Source of the DNA: an uncultured Pseudomonadota bacterium
GTDB lineage: Bacteria; Pseudomonadota; Gammaproteobacteria; Ga0077536
Assembly: GCA_902597385.1 (NCBI GenBank)
Contig: CACJXQ010000005.1
Coordinates: forward strand, 9,074-73,073
Length of the DNA stretch: 64,000 nucleotides
Direction of reading: 5' to 3'
The position numbers and the translations under genes are program-made. The notes under the pieces are model-generated. The model saw only the letters and a program-made list of their open reading frames with translations. It was not told the DNA's origin and did no database searches. This document shows, one piece after another, positions 31,431-41,436 of this stretch (position 1 is its first letter; each line of letters opens with the position of its first letter).

Positions 31431-32635
31431 AACATATAATCCGAGTATTGATAATAGGAATTTTGCCAATCCTAGTAGGCGGCTGCTCTCTATTTGAAGA
31501 AAAACCTCAAGAGTCAGCTAAAAAAGAAACAAAAGAAGAAAAAGAGGATCTGACCAAAAGGAATGAACCTTCAAAACTAAAGAAAAATTTTTCTTCCTCT
31601 TTAACGGTAAAAACCTTGTGGAAGAAGCGACTCGGTAGTGGACTAGATGATTACTATCTAAAGCTACGTCCAACCATTGAAGGACAACACTTATATATAA
31701 CTGACCGTAATGGGGATCTGTTCAATGTAGATCTTAAATCCGGCAAAGTGCATTGGAAAGTAAAAGATAAGAATGTGGAATATACGAGCGCTGCCGGACT
31801 AGGGGACGAAATGATCCTAGTTGGCACTGGAGACGGGCGATTAATAGCGAGAGAAATTGAAAGTGGCACGTTAAGGTGGGTCGTGAAGACATCCAGTGAA
31901 ATTCTAGCAGCACCTAGCGCTTACAAGGGAATAACCGTGGTTCGTAGCGCAGATGGTGCAGTTCTGGCTCTCGATTCCAAGACAGGATCTGAAATTTGGA
32001 ATTATAGGAGGGAAGCTCCTCGCTTAACTTTGCGAGGTAACAGCAGATCCTTAATTAGTAATAACGTTGTCTTTTCCGCTTTAGATAACGGCAGACTTCT
32101 TGCCCTAGATTTGAAGCTTGGAAACATTGTTTGGAATAAGGCAATCACTGTGCCCTCAGGAGTTACTGACTTAGAGCGGATGGTTGACCTGGACGGCGAT
32201 CCTTTGATTACAGATGAATTTATCTATGTTAGCAGCTTTCAAGGTGGAGTAACTGCATTATCTAAAGTTGACGGCCAGATAATATGGGCTAGGCAAATAT
32301 CCAGCTACAATGGACTCGCCCGAGGGGACAGAAAGATCTTTATTGTTGATGAGGCTAGTGTGATTTGGGCGTTAAATGAAGAAGATGGAATTTCGGTTTG
32401 GAAGCAAACCGAATTAGAAAGACGATTTGTTACCGATCCTGTATTCTTCAACAACCATATCATAGTTGGAGATTTTGAAGGATATGTCCATTGGCTATCC
32501 GCTGAAACAGGTGAAATCGTGAATAGGACACGACTAGATAGAAATAGCATTTTGGCGCCGGCAGCAGTTTCTGATGATATAGTAGTGCTACGTTCTAGCA
32601 GCGGGAAGACTATAGCAATGACCTTAGGCGACTAA
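31427..32635 (+). CDS. bamB: outer membrane protein assembly factor BamB
   Basis: 402 aa. Lipobox LVGGCS and repeated PQQ-like beta-propeller blades (G.v.Al....G...W). The ATGA start overlaps the yfgM stop. Confidence 0.88.
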   Translation: MKHIIRVLIIGILPILVGGCSLFEEKPQESAKKETKEEKEDLTKRNEPSKLKKNFSSSLTVKTLWKKRLGSGLDDYYLKLRPTIEGQHLYITDRNGDLFNVDLKSGKVHWKVKDKNVEYTSAAGLGDEMILVGTGDGRLIAREIESGTLRWVVKTSSEILAAPSAYKGITVVRSADGAVLALDSKTGSEIWNYRREAPRLTLRGNSRSLISNNVVFSALDNGRLLALDLKLGNIVWNKAITVPSGVTDLERMVDLDGDPLITDEFIYVSSFQGGVTALSKVDGQIIWARQISSYNGLARGDRKIFIVDEASVIWALNEEDGISVWKQTELERRFVTDPVFFNNHIIVGDFEGYVHWLSAETGEIVNRTRLDRNSILAPAAVSDDIVVLRSSSGKTIAMTLGD

Positions 32636-32691
32636 TAAGTAAAACTCTAACTTTTTCCTGATTTAATATCGACGTAAGTACAGGTTTAGTA

Positions 32692-34113
32692 ATGTTTTCC
32701 ACAAAGACCATCCCAACGATAGCCATCGTTGGGCGCCAAAATGTTGGCAAATCGACACTTTACAACAGAATCACACGCTCAAGAGACGCTTTAGTCGCAG
32801 ATTTTCCGGGAATTACACGAGATCCAAAAATTGGTTTAGGGGTAGTGGGTGAGAAAGAATATCTGATAGCCGACACCGGGGGATTTTCATATAACAATGA
32901 AGATAACAGCCTTTTAAACAGGGTTATGCACTCCACCAAGGAGATCGCCCTAGAGGCGGAGACTATACTGTTTATAGTCGACAGTAGAGAAGGCCTAACG
33001 GAACAGGATAGAGCAATTGCTTTCGAGATAAGGAAATGGAATAAACCGACTGCCTTAGTAGCTAATAAGTCAGAATCAGCTGACCCCGATTTAATAATTT
33101 CTGAATTTAGCTCACTTGGTTTCAAGGATATTTTTTGCATAGCTGCAAAAGCAAATATAGGAATCACAGAACTAATTAGAGCCACTACTGAACCATTTTT
33201 GAAATCAACAGACACAGCATACGCGAAAGAACCTGGAGAGAAAAATTTGTCAATCTCTATAATAGGAAAACCCAATGTTGGTAAATCAACTTTAATAAAT
33301 AAAGTTGTAGGTTTTGATCGAATGATCACAAGCAATATTCCAGGTACAACTAGGGACGATATATGGGTCAATTTCGAGAGGAAGGGGAAAAAATATACAT
33401 TTGTTGATACCGCTGGCCTTAGAAGAAAGAGTAGAGTAACTGAGTATCCTGAAAAACTCTCCGCATTAAAAACTTTGAAAACCATTGCTCGTTCGGAAAT
33501 CACTGTCTTAGTGATTGACGCTTCCAATGCCATTAGCGCTCAAGACCTAAATCTATTAGGTCAAGTATTGAACAACGGAAAGGCTCTTGTGATCGCCGCA
33601 AACAAGTGGGACTTATTAAAAAACCATGAAAAGGAAAATTTTTTAAAAGATATTGAACGACGCTTCAACTTTGTAAGATTTTCAGAGATTGTGCTCATAT
33701 CTGCAAGAGACGGATTCGGTATAGAAAATTTATTTGAAGCCATTATCAGAACTTGGAACGCCGTTACCAAAGAAATTAAAACTGGCGTTTTATCAAAATT
33801 AATCGAAGAAGCAGTTCTCAATCATGCACCGCCTCTGGTCAGAGGAAGACGAATAAAACTCAGGTTCGCTCATATTGGAAGTAGAAATCCGCTGACGATC
33901 TTAATTTACGGTAATCAAGTAAAATCAATACCTAAATCTTACGGACGCTATATAGAAAATTTTTTGAGGGAGAAACTAAAGCTGTCGGGAACCCCGATTA
34001 AACTCATTTACCGCCAAAGCGAAAACCCTTTTGCAGGTAGGAAGAATAACCTGTCTAAAAGACAGGTCGCCAAGCGTAAAAGACTAATAAATTACTCCAA
34101 AAAAAATCGGTGA
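32692..34113 (+). CDS. der: ribosome biogenesis GTPase Der (EngA)
   Basis: 473 aa. Two G domains (GRQNVGKST and GKPNVGKST, each with DTGG/DTAG and NK.D) plus a KH-like C-terminus. Confidence 0.93.
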   Translation: MFSTKTIPTIAIVGRQNVGKSTLYNRITRSRDALVADFPGITRDPKIGLGVVGEKEYLIADTGGFSYNNEDNSLLNRVMHSTKEIALEAETILFIVDSREGLTEQDRAIAFEIRKWNKPTALVANKSESADPDLIISEFSSLGFKDIFCIAAKANIGITELIRATTEPFLKSTDTAYAKEPGEKNLSISIIGKPNVGKSTLINKVVGFDRMITSNIPGTTRDDIWVNFERKGKKYTFVDTAGLRRKSRVTEYPEKLSALKTLKTIARSEITVLVIDASNAISAQDLNLLGQVLNNGKALVIAANKWDLLKNHEKENFLKDIERRFNFVRFSEIVLISARDGFGIENLFEAIIRTWNAVTKEIKTGVLSKLIEEAVLNHAPPLVRGRRIKLRFAHIGSRNPLTILIYGNQVKSIPKSYGRYIENFLREKLKLSGTPIKLIYRQSENPFAGRKNNLSKRQVAKRKRLINYSKKNR

Positions 34114-34152
34114 AATTCACCTGCTTAATTAAAGATAAGTTGTCCTTTATAG

Positions 34153-35538
34153 CTAACCTTGCGACATAAGAGCATTATAAATCCGATCCAATAACCTCTC
34201 CGCCTCATGACTCGTGATCCAGCGCCCATCTGGATCAAGTATAACGACCTCAGTCTTATCTCCAATTCCCGTCACACTCACTTGATACTGAGAAGCTTGA
34301 TTTGTTTTCCAAAACATAATCCCACTCCACCCCTTAGTCTCACCATAGCCCGTCTCGACAAGGTCAACAACAAAGATGCCTCGTCCTTTATCCGCCCTTC
34401 GCACCGAGACATTGGCCACCCTCAAGGCCTCTTTGGTGGATTTCCAAGCACTACTAAAATCAGACTCCAACGTAAGATAGTATTTACCCCGTCCAACACT
34501 CATCATCCTTATTCCAATCGATTCCACACTTTCTGAAGAGATCGGCGACGATGTTTCCTGAGCATTTGTTAACGCAGAACGATTCATTTTTCTGGGACTC
34601 ATTTTTTTAGCAAAATCGTCTGATGGACTATAGGATGGGGCTTCGATGTTATTTTCTGAAGAGTCTCTTAAAACTTCCATAGGAGGCTGCTGTTCTCTAG
34701 TGTTAATATTGTCATCAGCACTGGGGCTGCTCGCTTGCCTCATCTTTCTAGGGCGCATTTTGTTTGAGAAACTCTTTGTGGGGTCATACACGTCTGGACT
34801 TAAATTAGAACTTTCTTGGCCTCGGCGAAGATCAGTAGCTACATAACTGGAGCCCTTAACTTGAGTCTCCAAACTATTTCTTAACCTTTCAACTATAGAC
34901 GCTTGCATTTTTTCATCTCTGCCTATCTCACCCCACTCATAGTCTTCCCCATAAGCTTGATCTGTTTGTACAAGCTCCTGCTTCTGATGGGACAAAAAGA
35001 CTATGGTGGTACCTTCCTCCTTCCCATTTTCAACAAAAATCTTGTACCTACTCCTAACAAGGCCATCGCTGGTTTCAAGCCATAAAGTCTCTAACACCCC
35101 CAAATCTGGGTCATCCAGTTCAAACCCATATCCTTCGGCTCTCCAGAAATTTTTTATCTTTTCCCATAATTGATATCTTGTAGCCTCCACCACAATTATA
35201 TGTTGATCATCAAGAGTACTAATTTCAGCAACTATAATCCCATCGTCATTTCCCAATAGATCCGTGGAGTCCAAGTTGTTTTCCTTCCTTTTGCCCACTC
35301 TATCTTGAAAATCAGAAAAAGTTCTTTCTCCTTCAGGAGACTCTTCCGGAATGGACATCTTATCTCTGATCGCTCCGGTGCTTAGGCCGGGCGGGATCGA
35401 TAAATCAGGCAAGGTTCTGGCTCTTGTGTAGTCTTTTCGCTGATCCGGCACAACCTCGTCAAGCATTGATGATAATCGACCGCAACCGGATAAAGACAGT
35501 ACCAACGAAACTAAAACTAACCCAGTAGCTATGTGCAT
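34153..35538 (-). CDS. bamC: outer membrane protein assembly factor BamC (NlpB), with an unusually long inter-domain linker
   Basis: 461 aa. Lipobox LSLSGC and a conserved N-terminal tail (RKDYTRARTLPDLSIPPGL). Two helix-grip-like domains (QLWEKIKNFWRAEGYGFELDD...TLW; SSAWKSTKEALRVANVSV). Immediately downstream of dapA as in E. coli. Confidence 0.75.
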   Translation of the reverse strand: MHIATGLVLVSLVLSLSGCGRLSSMLDEVVPDQRKDYTRARTLPDLSIPPGLSTGAIRDKMSIPEESPEGERTFSDFQDRVGKRKENNLDSTDLLGNDDGIIVAEISTLDDQHIIVVEATRYQLWEKIKNFWRAEGYGFELDDPDLGVLETLWLETSDGLVRSRYKIFVENGKEEGTTIVFLSHQKQELVQTDQAYGEDYEWGEIGRDEKMQASIVERLRNSLETQVKGSSYVATDLRRGQESSNLSPDVYDPTKSFSNKMRPRKMRQASSPSADDNINTREQQPPMEVLRDSSENNIEAPSYSPSDDFAKKMSPRKMNRSALTNAQETSSPISSESVESIGIRMMSVGRGKYYLTLESDFSSAWKSTKEALRVANVSVRRADKGRGIFVVDLVETGYGETKGWSGIMFWKTNQASQYQVSVTGIGDKTEVVILDPDGRWITSHEAERLLDRIYNALMSQG

Positions 35539-35574
35539 TTACCTAAACTCCTATTAAAGCTACATTTTTCGGAA

Positions 35575-36468
35575 CTAAATTGAACCGGCCACTTCCATCG
35601 AGGCAAGTAATTTACTTTTAAATTTTTCCGAGAATTGGGTCAGAGGCAACCTGATCCCGTCTTCTATCAAACCTTGCTTACCGACAGCCCACTTTACTGG
35701 GATTGGATTTGCTTCTAGAAACAAGTCTTTATGCAAGCCAACCAACAGCTCGTCTATTTCTTTAGCCTCTGTTTTCTTTCCAGCCAAAGCCGCCTCACAC
35801 ATTTCACTCATTTCCTTTGGGGCCACATTTGCAGTAACTGAAATAACCCCATCCCCGCCCTCTAACATGAAGTCTCTTGCTGTGAGATCATCACCACTAA
35901 AAAGCAAGAAATCCGAACCACAACTTAATTTAATTTCTTTCACCCTCGAAAGCTCACCAGTTGCTTCCTTTATTCCGACAATATTTTCCAAAGAAGATAG
36001 TTTCGCTACCGTCTCTGGCAACAAATCACATGCTGTTCTACTCGGTACATTATACAAAATCTGTGGAATCTTCACTTCTTCTGCCAAAAGAGCATGATGC
36101 TGCCAAAGCCCTTCTTGCGTCGGCTTATTATAGTACGGCGTTACAATTAGCGCAGCATCCGCTCCAAGTTTTTTTGCCTCTTTTGTAAGCATCAAGGCCT
36201 CATGAGTAGAATTAGCGCCTGTCCCAGCAATGACTGGAATCCTGCCATCCGAGAACTTTACTGCTCGTTCGATGACCCTACAATGTTCTTCAAAAGTCAA
36301 CGTAGCGGATTCACCAGTTGTTCCTGCAGCCACTATGGCTCTAGTTCCACGCTCGACATGATAATCTATCAATTTAGCAAAACATCCATCATCTAAGGTA
36401 GATTGCACAGCCACGCCACCCTTCATAGGCGTGACGATTGCTACAATACTTCCACGTAAAAGAGACAT
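35575..36468 (-). CDS. dapA: 4-hydroxy-tetrahydrodipicolinate synthase
   Basis: 297 aa. Contains GTTGESATLT, YNVPSRT and GIKEATG. Confidence 0.92.
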   Translation of the reverse strand: MSLLRGSIVAIVTPMKGGVAVQSTLDDGCFAKLIDYHVERGTRAIVAAGTTGESATLTFEEHCRVIERAVKFSDGRIPVIAGTGANSTHEALMLTKEAKKLGADAALIVTPYYNKPTQEGLWQHHALLAEEVKIPQILYNVPSRTACDLLPETVAKLSSLENIVGIKEATGELSRVKEIKLSCGSDFLLFSGDDLTARDFMLEGGDGVISVTANVAPKEMSEMCEAALAGKKTEAKEIDELLVGLHKDLFLEANPIPVKWAVGKQGLIEDGIRLPLTQFSEKFKSKLLASMEVAGSI

Positions 36469-36559
36469 CTTTTTTCCTTAATTTTAAGCTATCGCATGTT
36501 ATCTTCAGAATCCTGGCAGAGCAAGGAGTCATCGTTAATGCTCCTAATGATACTACAGG

Positions 36560-36590
36560 TTACCCCTTAACCACCGAGAATCTGTATAAT
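36560..36590 (+). promoter_or_regulatory. candidate sigma-70 promoter for gcvR
   Basis: Perfect -10 TATAAT at 36585-36590, 27 nt upstream of ATG 36618. Possible -35 TTACCC at 36560-36565 with a 19-nt spacer. Sequence match only. Confidence 0.3.
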
Positions 36591-36617
36591 TAACGTAAAT
36601 AAAAGCGATTTTTGAAA

Positions 36618-37166
36618 ATGGATAACCATAACAACCCTCACAAAAGCATAATCGTCATTTCAGCCATCGGCCCAGAAGATCCGAAGATTTTCGGAGAGAT
36701 AACCCATTCCTTTACAAAATGTGGTTGCGAAATTCTTGAAAGTAAGTTTTCCGTCATGGGAAACAAATTTTTACTAATGACAATGCTTTCTGGCACCTGG
36801 GATGCTATCGCAAAAATAGAAACGGTCTTGGCCAGATTAGGTGATAATCTAGGAATCAAGTTCTCTGCGGAACGCGCATCTAACATTTCCAATTATGATA
36901 AAAGCATCCCTTATGTGATGGAGGTAGTGACCGTCAAAAACCCTGACTTAGTTCACGATACTGTGAAATTTTTTCAGCTACAAAAAGTGATTATAAAAGA
37001 ACTCCAGTGTAGTGGTTTTATAGCTAATCAAACGAACACTCAAATGATTTCCCTACAAGTTACCGTCAGTGTTCCCTCCAGCCTATCGATAGCTTCCTTC
37101 AGGAGTGATTTTGTAGACTTTTGCGATCATTTGAACATAGACGCGGTCCTAGAGCCATTGAAGTAA
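36618..37166 (+). CDS. gcvR: glycine cleavage system transcriptional repressor-like tandem ACT protein
   Basis: About 182 aa. IIVISAIGPEDPKIFGEITHSFTKCGCEILESK...LLMTMLSGTWDAI aligns with E. coli GcvR. Divergent from dapA as in E. coli. TTG 36612 is an alternative start. Confidence 0.75.
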   Translation: MDNHNNPHKSIIVISAIGPEDPKIFGEITHSFTKCGCEILESKFSVMGNKFLLMTMLSGTWDAIAKIETVLARLGDNLGIKFSAERASNISNYDKSIPYVMEVVTVKNPDLVHDTVKFFQLQKVIIKELQCSGFIANQTNTQMISLQVTVSVPSSLSIASFRSDFVDFCDHLNIDAVLEPLK

Positions 37167-37177
37167 AAGGTACCTGA

Positions 37178-38248
37178 CTACGAAGCTTCGGAAATTCCAC
37201 CTCCGGTTGGCCAAGCGGCTAATAATGATTTGACTAGTGTAGCTAGAGGTATCGCAAAAAACACACCCCAGAACCCCCAAAGTCCTCCAAATATCAGAAT
37301 CGCCACAATAATAGCTACAGGATGAAGATTAACAACATCTGAGAATAAAATGGGCACCAGCACATTTCCATCTAAAGCCTGGATCAAAGCATAAATGCCT
37401 ATAACCCAACCAAAATCGACGGAGAAGCCAAACTCTAAATAAGCGGCAATAACAACTGGAAATGTGACAACAGCTGCCCCGATATAGGGAACCACTACAG
37501 ACAAGCCCACCAAGACGCCAAGTAAAGTTGCGTAGGACAGGCCTAAAAATAAAAAGGCACCGAAGGTAGCGGAGCCAACTATTACGATTTCGTAGAATTT
37601 GCCGCGTATGTAGTTTCCTATTTGATTATCTACATCTTTCCAAACGGTTTGAAGAACTCTTTTCTCTTTGGGCAGAAACGCATTTACCCAATCCAACAAT
37701 AAGAATTTATCTTTGAGGAAGAAAAACACCAAAAGAGGAACTAAAAGAAAATAAATGAGCGCAGTTATGACAAAAGGAATTGACGCTAAGGATAGCGATA
37801 GAACACTTTGCCCGAGAGATGTGAATTCACTTGCTATTGAGGCAACCAAGCTATTAGCTTGCTCCACATTTAATAAGTTAGGATACTCCACCTGCAAATT
37901 TTGCAGAAAGTCTTTACCTTGGGTGACTATTTTTGGCAAATCATCCAAAAAACTACTAACTTGCTTCGAGACAACTGGAACGAGTCCGATTACTACAAAT
38001 AATAATGCTGCTAAAAAAATAGCGAAAGACACAACAACTGCAAAAATTCGACTAAGTCCACGGTGAAAAAGATACTGAACGAGACCTTCTAACATATATG
38101 CAATGACTATGGCCCCTATAACTGGAGCTAGCATTCCACCGAAAAAGTACAGGATTAAGGTGCCCACTAAAATGAATAGCACTATGAGCATCGCGTCAGG
38201 ATGCGAGAAGTGTGTATTGAACCAAGATTTTATGAGTGTAATCATCAT
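37178..38248 (-). CDS. AI-2E family transporter (PerM/YdiK-like permease)
   Basis: 356 aa polytopic membrane protein. Has the family-typical QIGNYIRGK loop and a C-terminal GGLWGFWGVFFAIPLA motif. Confidence 0.75.
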   Translation of the reverse strand: MMITLIKSWFNTHFSHPDAMLIVLFILVGTLILYFFGGMLAPVIGAIVIAYMLEGLVQYLFHRGLSRIFAVVVSFAIFLAALLFVVIGLVPVVSKQVSSFLDDLPKIVTQGKDFLQNLQVEYPNLLNVEQANSLVASIASEFTSLGQSVLSLSLASIPFVITALIYFLLVPLLVFFFLKDKFLLLDWVNAFLPKEKRVLQTVWKDVDNQIGNYIRGKFYEIVIVGSATFGAFLFLGLSYATLLGVLVGLSVVVPYIGAAVVTFPVVIAAYLEFGFSVDFGWVIGIYALIQALDGNVLVPILFSDVVNLHPVAIIVAILIFGGLWGFWGVFFAIPLATLVKSLLAAWPTGGGISEAS

Positions 38249-38387
38249 ACAATGATCAGGTTATAGTTTAGGAACAAAATTCATGTTGGATAACGATCTA
38301 ACTATGTACAAGACTCCACTTTAGTTAATAACCCGACGCTACGCAATACAAAAAGCTAATCAAGAAAATCATTCCAGGAATTTTGCT

Positions 38388-39509
38388 ATGCAATCAAGTA
38401 AAACTGATATAGAAGCCGAGCAAATCATAAAGCTTCTCACCATGTGGTCAACAGAACTAGGCTTCGATAAGTTATCTATCTCCGGAATAGACTTAACAGA
38501 TAATGCTGAGGCCCTTTCTTTTTGGCTTTCGAGCGGAATGCACGGCTCTATGAGCTATATGAGTAGAAATTACGATAAGCGATTAAACCCTGAAAATTTA
38601 TTTTCCGGCACTTTGTCTATAATCAGCGCGCGCATGCAATATCGAAAAGAAGGTGTTTACAAGGATAAAAGCTTGTTAACAGAGGATAAGAAAGCATTCA
38701 TTTCCAGATATGCGCTAGGCAGGGATTATCACAAGACCATGCGATCTCGATTAAAAACACTCGGGAAAAACTTGGAATCTGAAATAGGGGGCTACGGATA
38801 TAGGGTTTTCACAGACAGCGCGCCAATTTTAGAGAGAGCAATTGCAAAAAACGCAGGACTTGGCTGGGTTGGGAAAAATACTATGCTCATAGATCCAACG
38901 GCCGGGTCATATTTTTTTTTAGGAGAAATTTTTACCGACCTGAAACTACCTAAAACTAAGACTAGAGTTGGCAATCATTGCGGTACGTGCACGAAATGTA
39001 TGGAAATTTGTCCGACAAAAGCTATCGTTGCTCCCTATAAATTAGACGCTCGGCGATGTATTTCTTACCTAACAATAGAATCGAAAGATGAGATTCCTGT
39101 AGAATTTCGACCCTTAGTTGGCAACAGAATATTCGGCTGTGATGACTGCCAAATTTTCTGTCCGTGGAACAAGTACGCAAAAAAAAGTGATATCCCAGAT
39201 TTTGACTACAGAAACGAGCTGAACGATATCGACCTTATAACGCTCTTATTAATCGATAGATTGGAATTTGACCGCATCACCCAAGGATCAGCCCTAAGGA
39301 GAGTTTCGCACGAGCAGTGGCTAAGAAATGTAGCTGTTTCACTAGGAAACGCAAAGGCCAACCCAGATATAATTCAAGCCTTAAACGTAAGATTAAATCA
39401 CGAGAGTGATTTAGTCCGAAAGCATGTAAAATGGGCACTACAAGAACAAAGAAAGAAAATAAAAAATGAAACAAAACCCAATAATTGCACCATCGATTCT
39501 ATCGGCTGA
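38388..39509 (+). CDS. queG: epoxyqueuosine reductase
   Basis: 373 aa. Ferredoxin-type motifs [15 protein letters not shown] and [11 protein letters not shown], plus C-terminal HEAT-like repeats. Confidence 0.88.
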   Translation: MQSSKTDIEAEQIIKLLTMWSTELGFDKLSISGIDLTDNAEALSFWLSSGMHGSMSYMSRNYDKRLNPENLFSGTLSIISARMQYRKEGVYKDKSLLTEDKKAFISRYALGRDYHKTMRSRLKTLGKNLESEIGGYGYRVFTDSAPILERAIAKNAGLGWVGKNTMLIDPTAGSYFFLGEIFTDLKLPKTKTRVGNHCGTCTKCMEICPTKAIVAPYKLDARRCISYLTIESKDEIPVEFRPLVGNRIFGCDDCQIFCPWNKYAKKSDIPDFDYRNELNDIDLITLLLIDRLEFDRITQGSALRRVSHEQWLRNVAVSLGNAKANPDIIQALNVRLNHESDLVRKHVKWALQEQRKKIKNETKPNNCTIDSIG

Positions 39510-40128
39510 TTTCAGTCAACTTGGTAACGAGGTAAGTAACGTTATAGAAGCGGGAGCAGATTGGATCCATTTTGATGTTATGGACAACCATTATGTGCCT
39601 AATCTAACCATCGGGCCAATGGTCTGCAGATCGCTACGAAAGGCCGGTATTAATGCACCTATCGATGTCCACCTAATGGCATCCCCCGTTGATGAGTTAG
39701 TTGGGATGTTCGCAGATGCTGGGGCCAACATCATCAGCTTTCACCCCGAAGCCAGCTTACATGTCGATCGAACTCTTCAGCAAATTCAGGCACTGAACTG
39801 TCAAGCTGGACTGGTTTTCAATCCTGGAACCCCACTTCAAGCTCTTGATTACATACTAGAAAAAGTTGATGTTATCTTGATCATGTCCGTCAACCCTGGA
39901 TTCGGAGGGCAAAAATTCATTCCAACTGCGCTCGAGAAAATTCGCAAAGTTCGAGAAATTATCGATAATTCAGGAAGGGACATCAGACTACAAGTAGACG
40001 GAGGTATTAATAAAGAAAACATTAAGTCTATTGCCGACGCCGGCGCAGATACTTTTGTAGCTGGGAGTGCCGTTTTCGACACGGATGATTACAAACTAGC
40101 AATATCTAGCCTAAAAGCAAAAATTTAA
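39466..40128 (+). CDS. rpe: ribulose-phosphate 3-epimerase
   Basis: 220 aa with a canonical N-terminus [10 protein letters not shown] and [14 protein letters not shown]. The start overlaps the queG 3' end by 44 nt. Confidence 0.93.
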   Translation: MKQNPIIAPSILSADFSQLGNEVSNVIEAGADWIHFDVMDNHYVPNLTIGPMVCRSLRKAGINAPIDVHLMASPVDELVGMFADAGANIISFHPEASLHVDRTLQQIQALNCQAGLVFNPGTPLQALDYILEKVDVILIMSVNPGFGGQKFIPTALEKIRKVREIIDNSGRDIRLQVDGGINKENIKSIADAGADTFVAGSAVFDTDDYKLAISSLKAKI

Positions 40129-40141
40129 AAAGCCAATCCGC

Positions 40142-40828
40142 ATGCACCCCAAAAAAACAATACTATTTGACCTTGATGGCACCTTGCTGGACAGCGCGCC
40201 GGATATTACCCTAGCTCTTAATAAGGCTCTAATGAAAAACCAATTAAATCCCATAGATGAATCTATAGTTAGAAATTTAATTGGAAACGGTTCTGCTGAA
40301 TTAATTGCAAGAGTTTTGAACAGAAAAACCAAAAAAGCAGATCATCTTTTACATAAAAAAATACATGATGACTTTCTGATTGCTTACAAAAAACTGAGTT
40401 ATTTTTTTAGCAAACTTTATCCTGATGTTCAAGAAACACTAGGAATACTTTATCAGTCATTTTCATTAGTCTGCTTAACTAACAAGCCCAGCCCAATCAC
40501 TCACCTTGTCTTAAACTTAACTGGCTTGGCCTCCTGGTTTCGATTGATAATCTCTGGAGATACTCTCCTGCAGATGAAGCCATCTCCAGTTGGAGTGAAT
40601 TTCTGTATAAAAAATTTCGAGTGCAAAAGAGAAGATATGGTCATAGTTGGTGATTCTACAGTCGATATCAAAACTGCGGCTGCAGCTGGAGTGAAAGCTA
40701 TAGGGGTCACATACGGCTATAGCCACAATATCGACCTGGCCGCAGAGGGTGCCGATGCAACCACCGATAAAATTAAAGAAATTCCCCGTTTAGTAAAAAA
40801 ATTACTAAGTGAAACCAAAGATAATTAA
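40142..40828 (+). CDS. gph: phosphoglycolate phosphatase (HAD superfamily)
   Basis: 228 aa. HAD motif I FDLDGTLLDS and motif IV VGDSTVDI. Conserved position after rpe. Confidence 0.8.
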   Translation: MHPKKTILFDLDGTLLDSAPDITLALNKALMKNQLNPIDESIVRNLIGNGSAELIARVLNRKTKKADHLLHKKIHDDFLIAYKKLSYFFSKLYPDVQETLGILYQSFSLVCLTNKPSPITHLVLNLTGLASWFRLIISGDTLLQMKPSPVGVNFCIKNFECKREDMVIVGDSTVDIKTAAAAGVKAIGVTYGYSHNIDLAAEGADATTDKIKEIPRLVKKLLSETKDN

Positions 40829-40843
40829 AAATATTAACTACAA

Positions 40844-41425
40844 ATGCTTCTGATTATTGATAACTACGACTCTTTTACCCACAACCTAGCGCAGTATATA
40901 GGAGAGATGGGCTTTGGGGTAGAAATACACCGAAATGATGAGATATCGATTGATCAAATAGCAAGGTTAAATCCCTCCCACATTGTTATCTCACCAGGGC
41001 CTTGTGATCCGCATAAAGCAGGAATTTCAATGGACGTAGTCAAGAAATTTTATAAAAGAATACCTATTCTCGGCGTCTGTTTAGGACACCAAGCAATAGC
41101 GGCGTCTCTTGGTGGACAGATAGTAAGAGCTAACAGAATAATGCATGGCAAAGTATCTAAAATATATCACTCTAATAATGGTCTTTTTAAAGACCTACCC
41201 TCGCCGTTTACCGCTACTCGTTACCATAGCCTTGTAGTAGACCCGTCGACTTGCCCGGCACAACTCGAGGTAACTGCCTGGACCGAAAAAAATAACGGCG
41301 AAGTAAGTACAATTATGGGGATAGCTGATAAAGTGAATAGGCTTCATGGAGTGCAGTTTCATCCAGAGTCTATCGCTTCCGAATTCGGACACGACATAAT
41401 AAGGAATTTCCTAGTAGACAATTAG
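40844..41425 (+). CDS. trpG: anthranilate synthase component II (glutamine amidotransferase)
   Basis: 193 aa. Contains IIDNYDSFTHNL, catalytic GVCLGHQ and FHPES. Confidence 0.9.
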   Translation: MLLIIDNYDSFTHNLAQYIGEMGFGVEIHRNDEISIDQIARLNPSHIVISPGPCDPHKAGISMDVVKKFYKRIPILGVCLGHQAIAASLGGQIVRANRIMHGKVSKIYHSNNGLFKDLPSPFTATRYHSLVVDPSTCPAQLEVTAWTEKNNGEVSTIMGIADKVNRLHGVQFHPESIASEFGHDIIRNFLVDN

Positions 41426-41436
41426 ATAAAAATGAC

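Noticed and set aside
32760-33533. 257-aa ORF on the minus strand inside der, the longest unexplained ORF in the track
   Set aside because: It lies entirely antisense to the well-supported Der GTPase gene. It has no recognisable motifs, is rich in S, L, I and F as expected for a codon-complement shadow in AT-leaning DNA, and has no independent start or RBS context.
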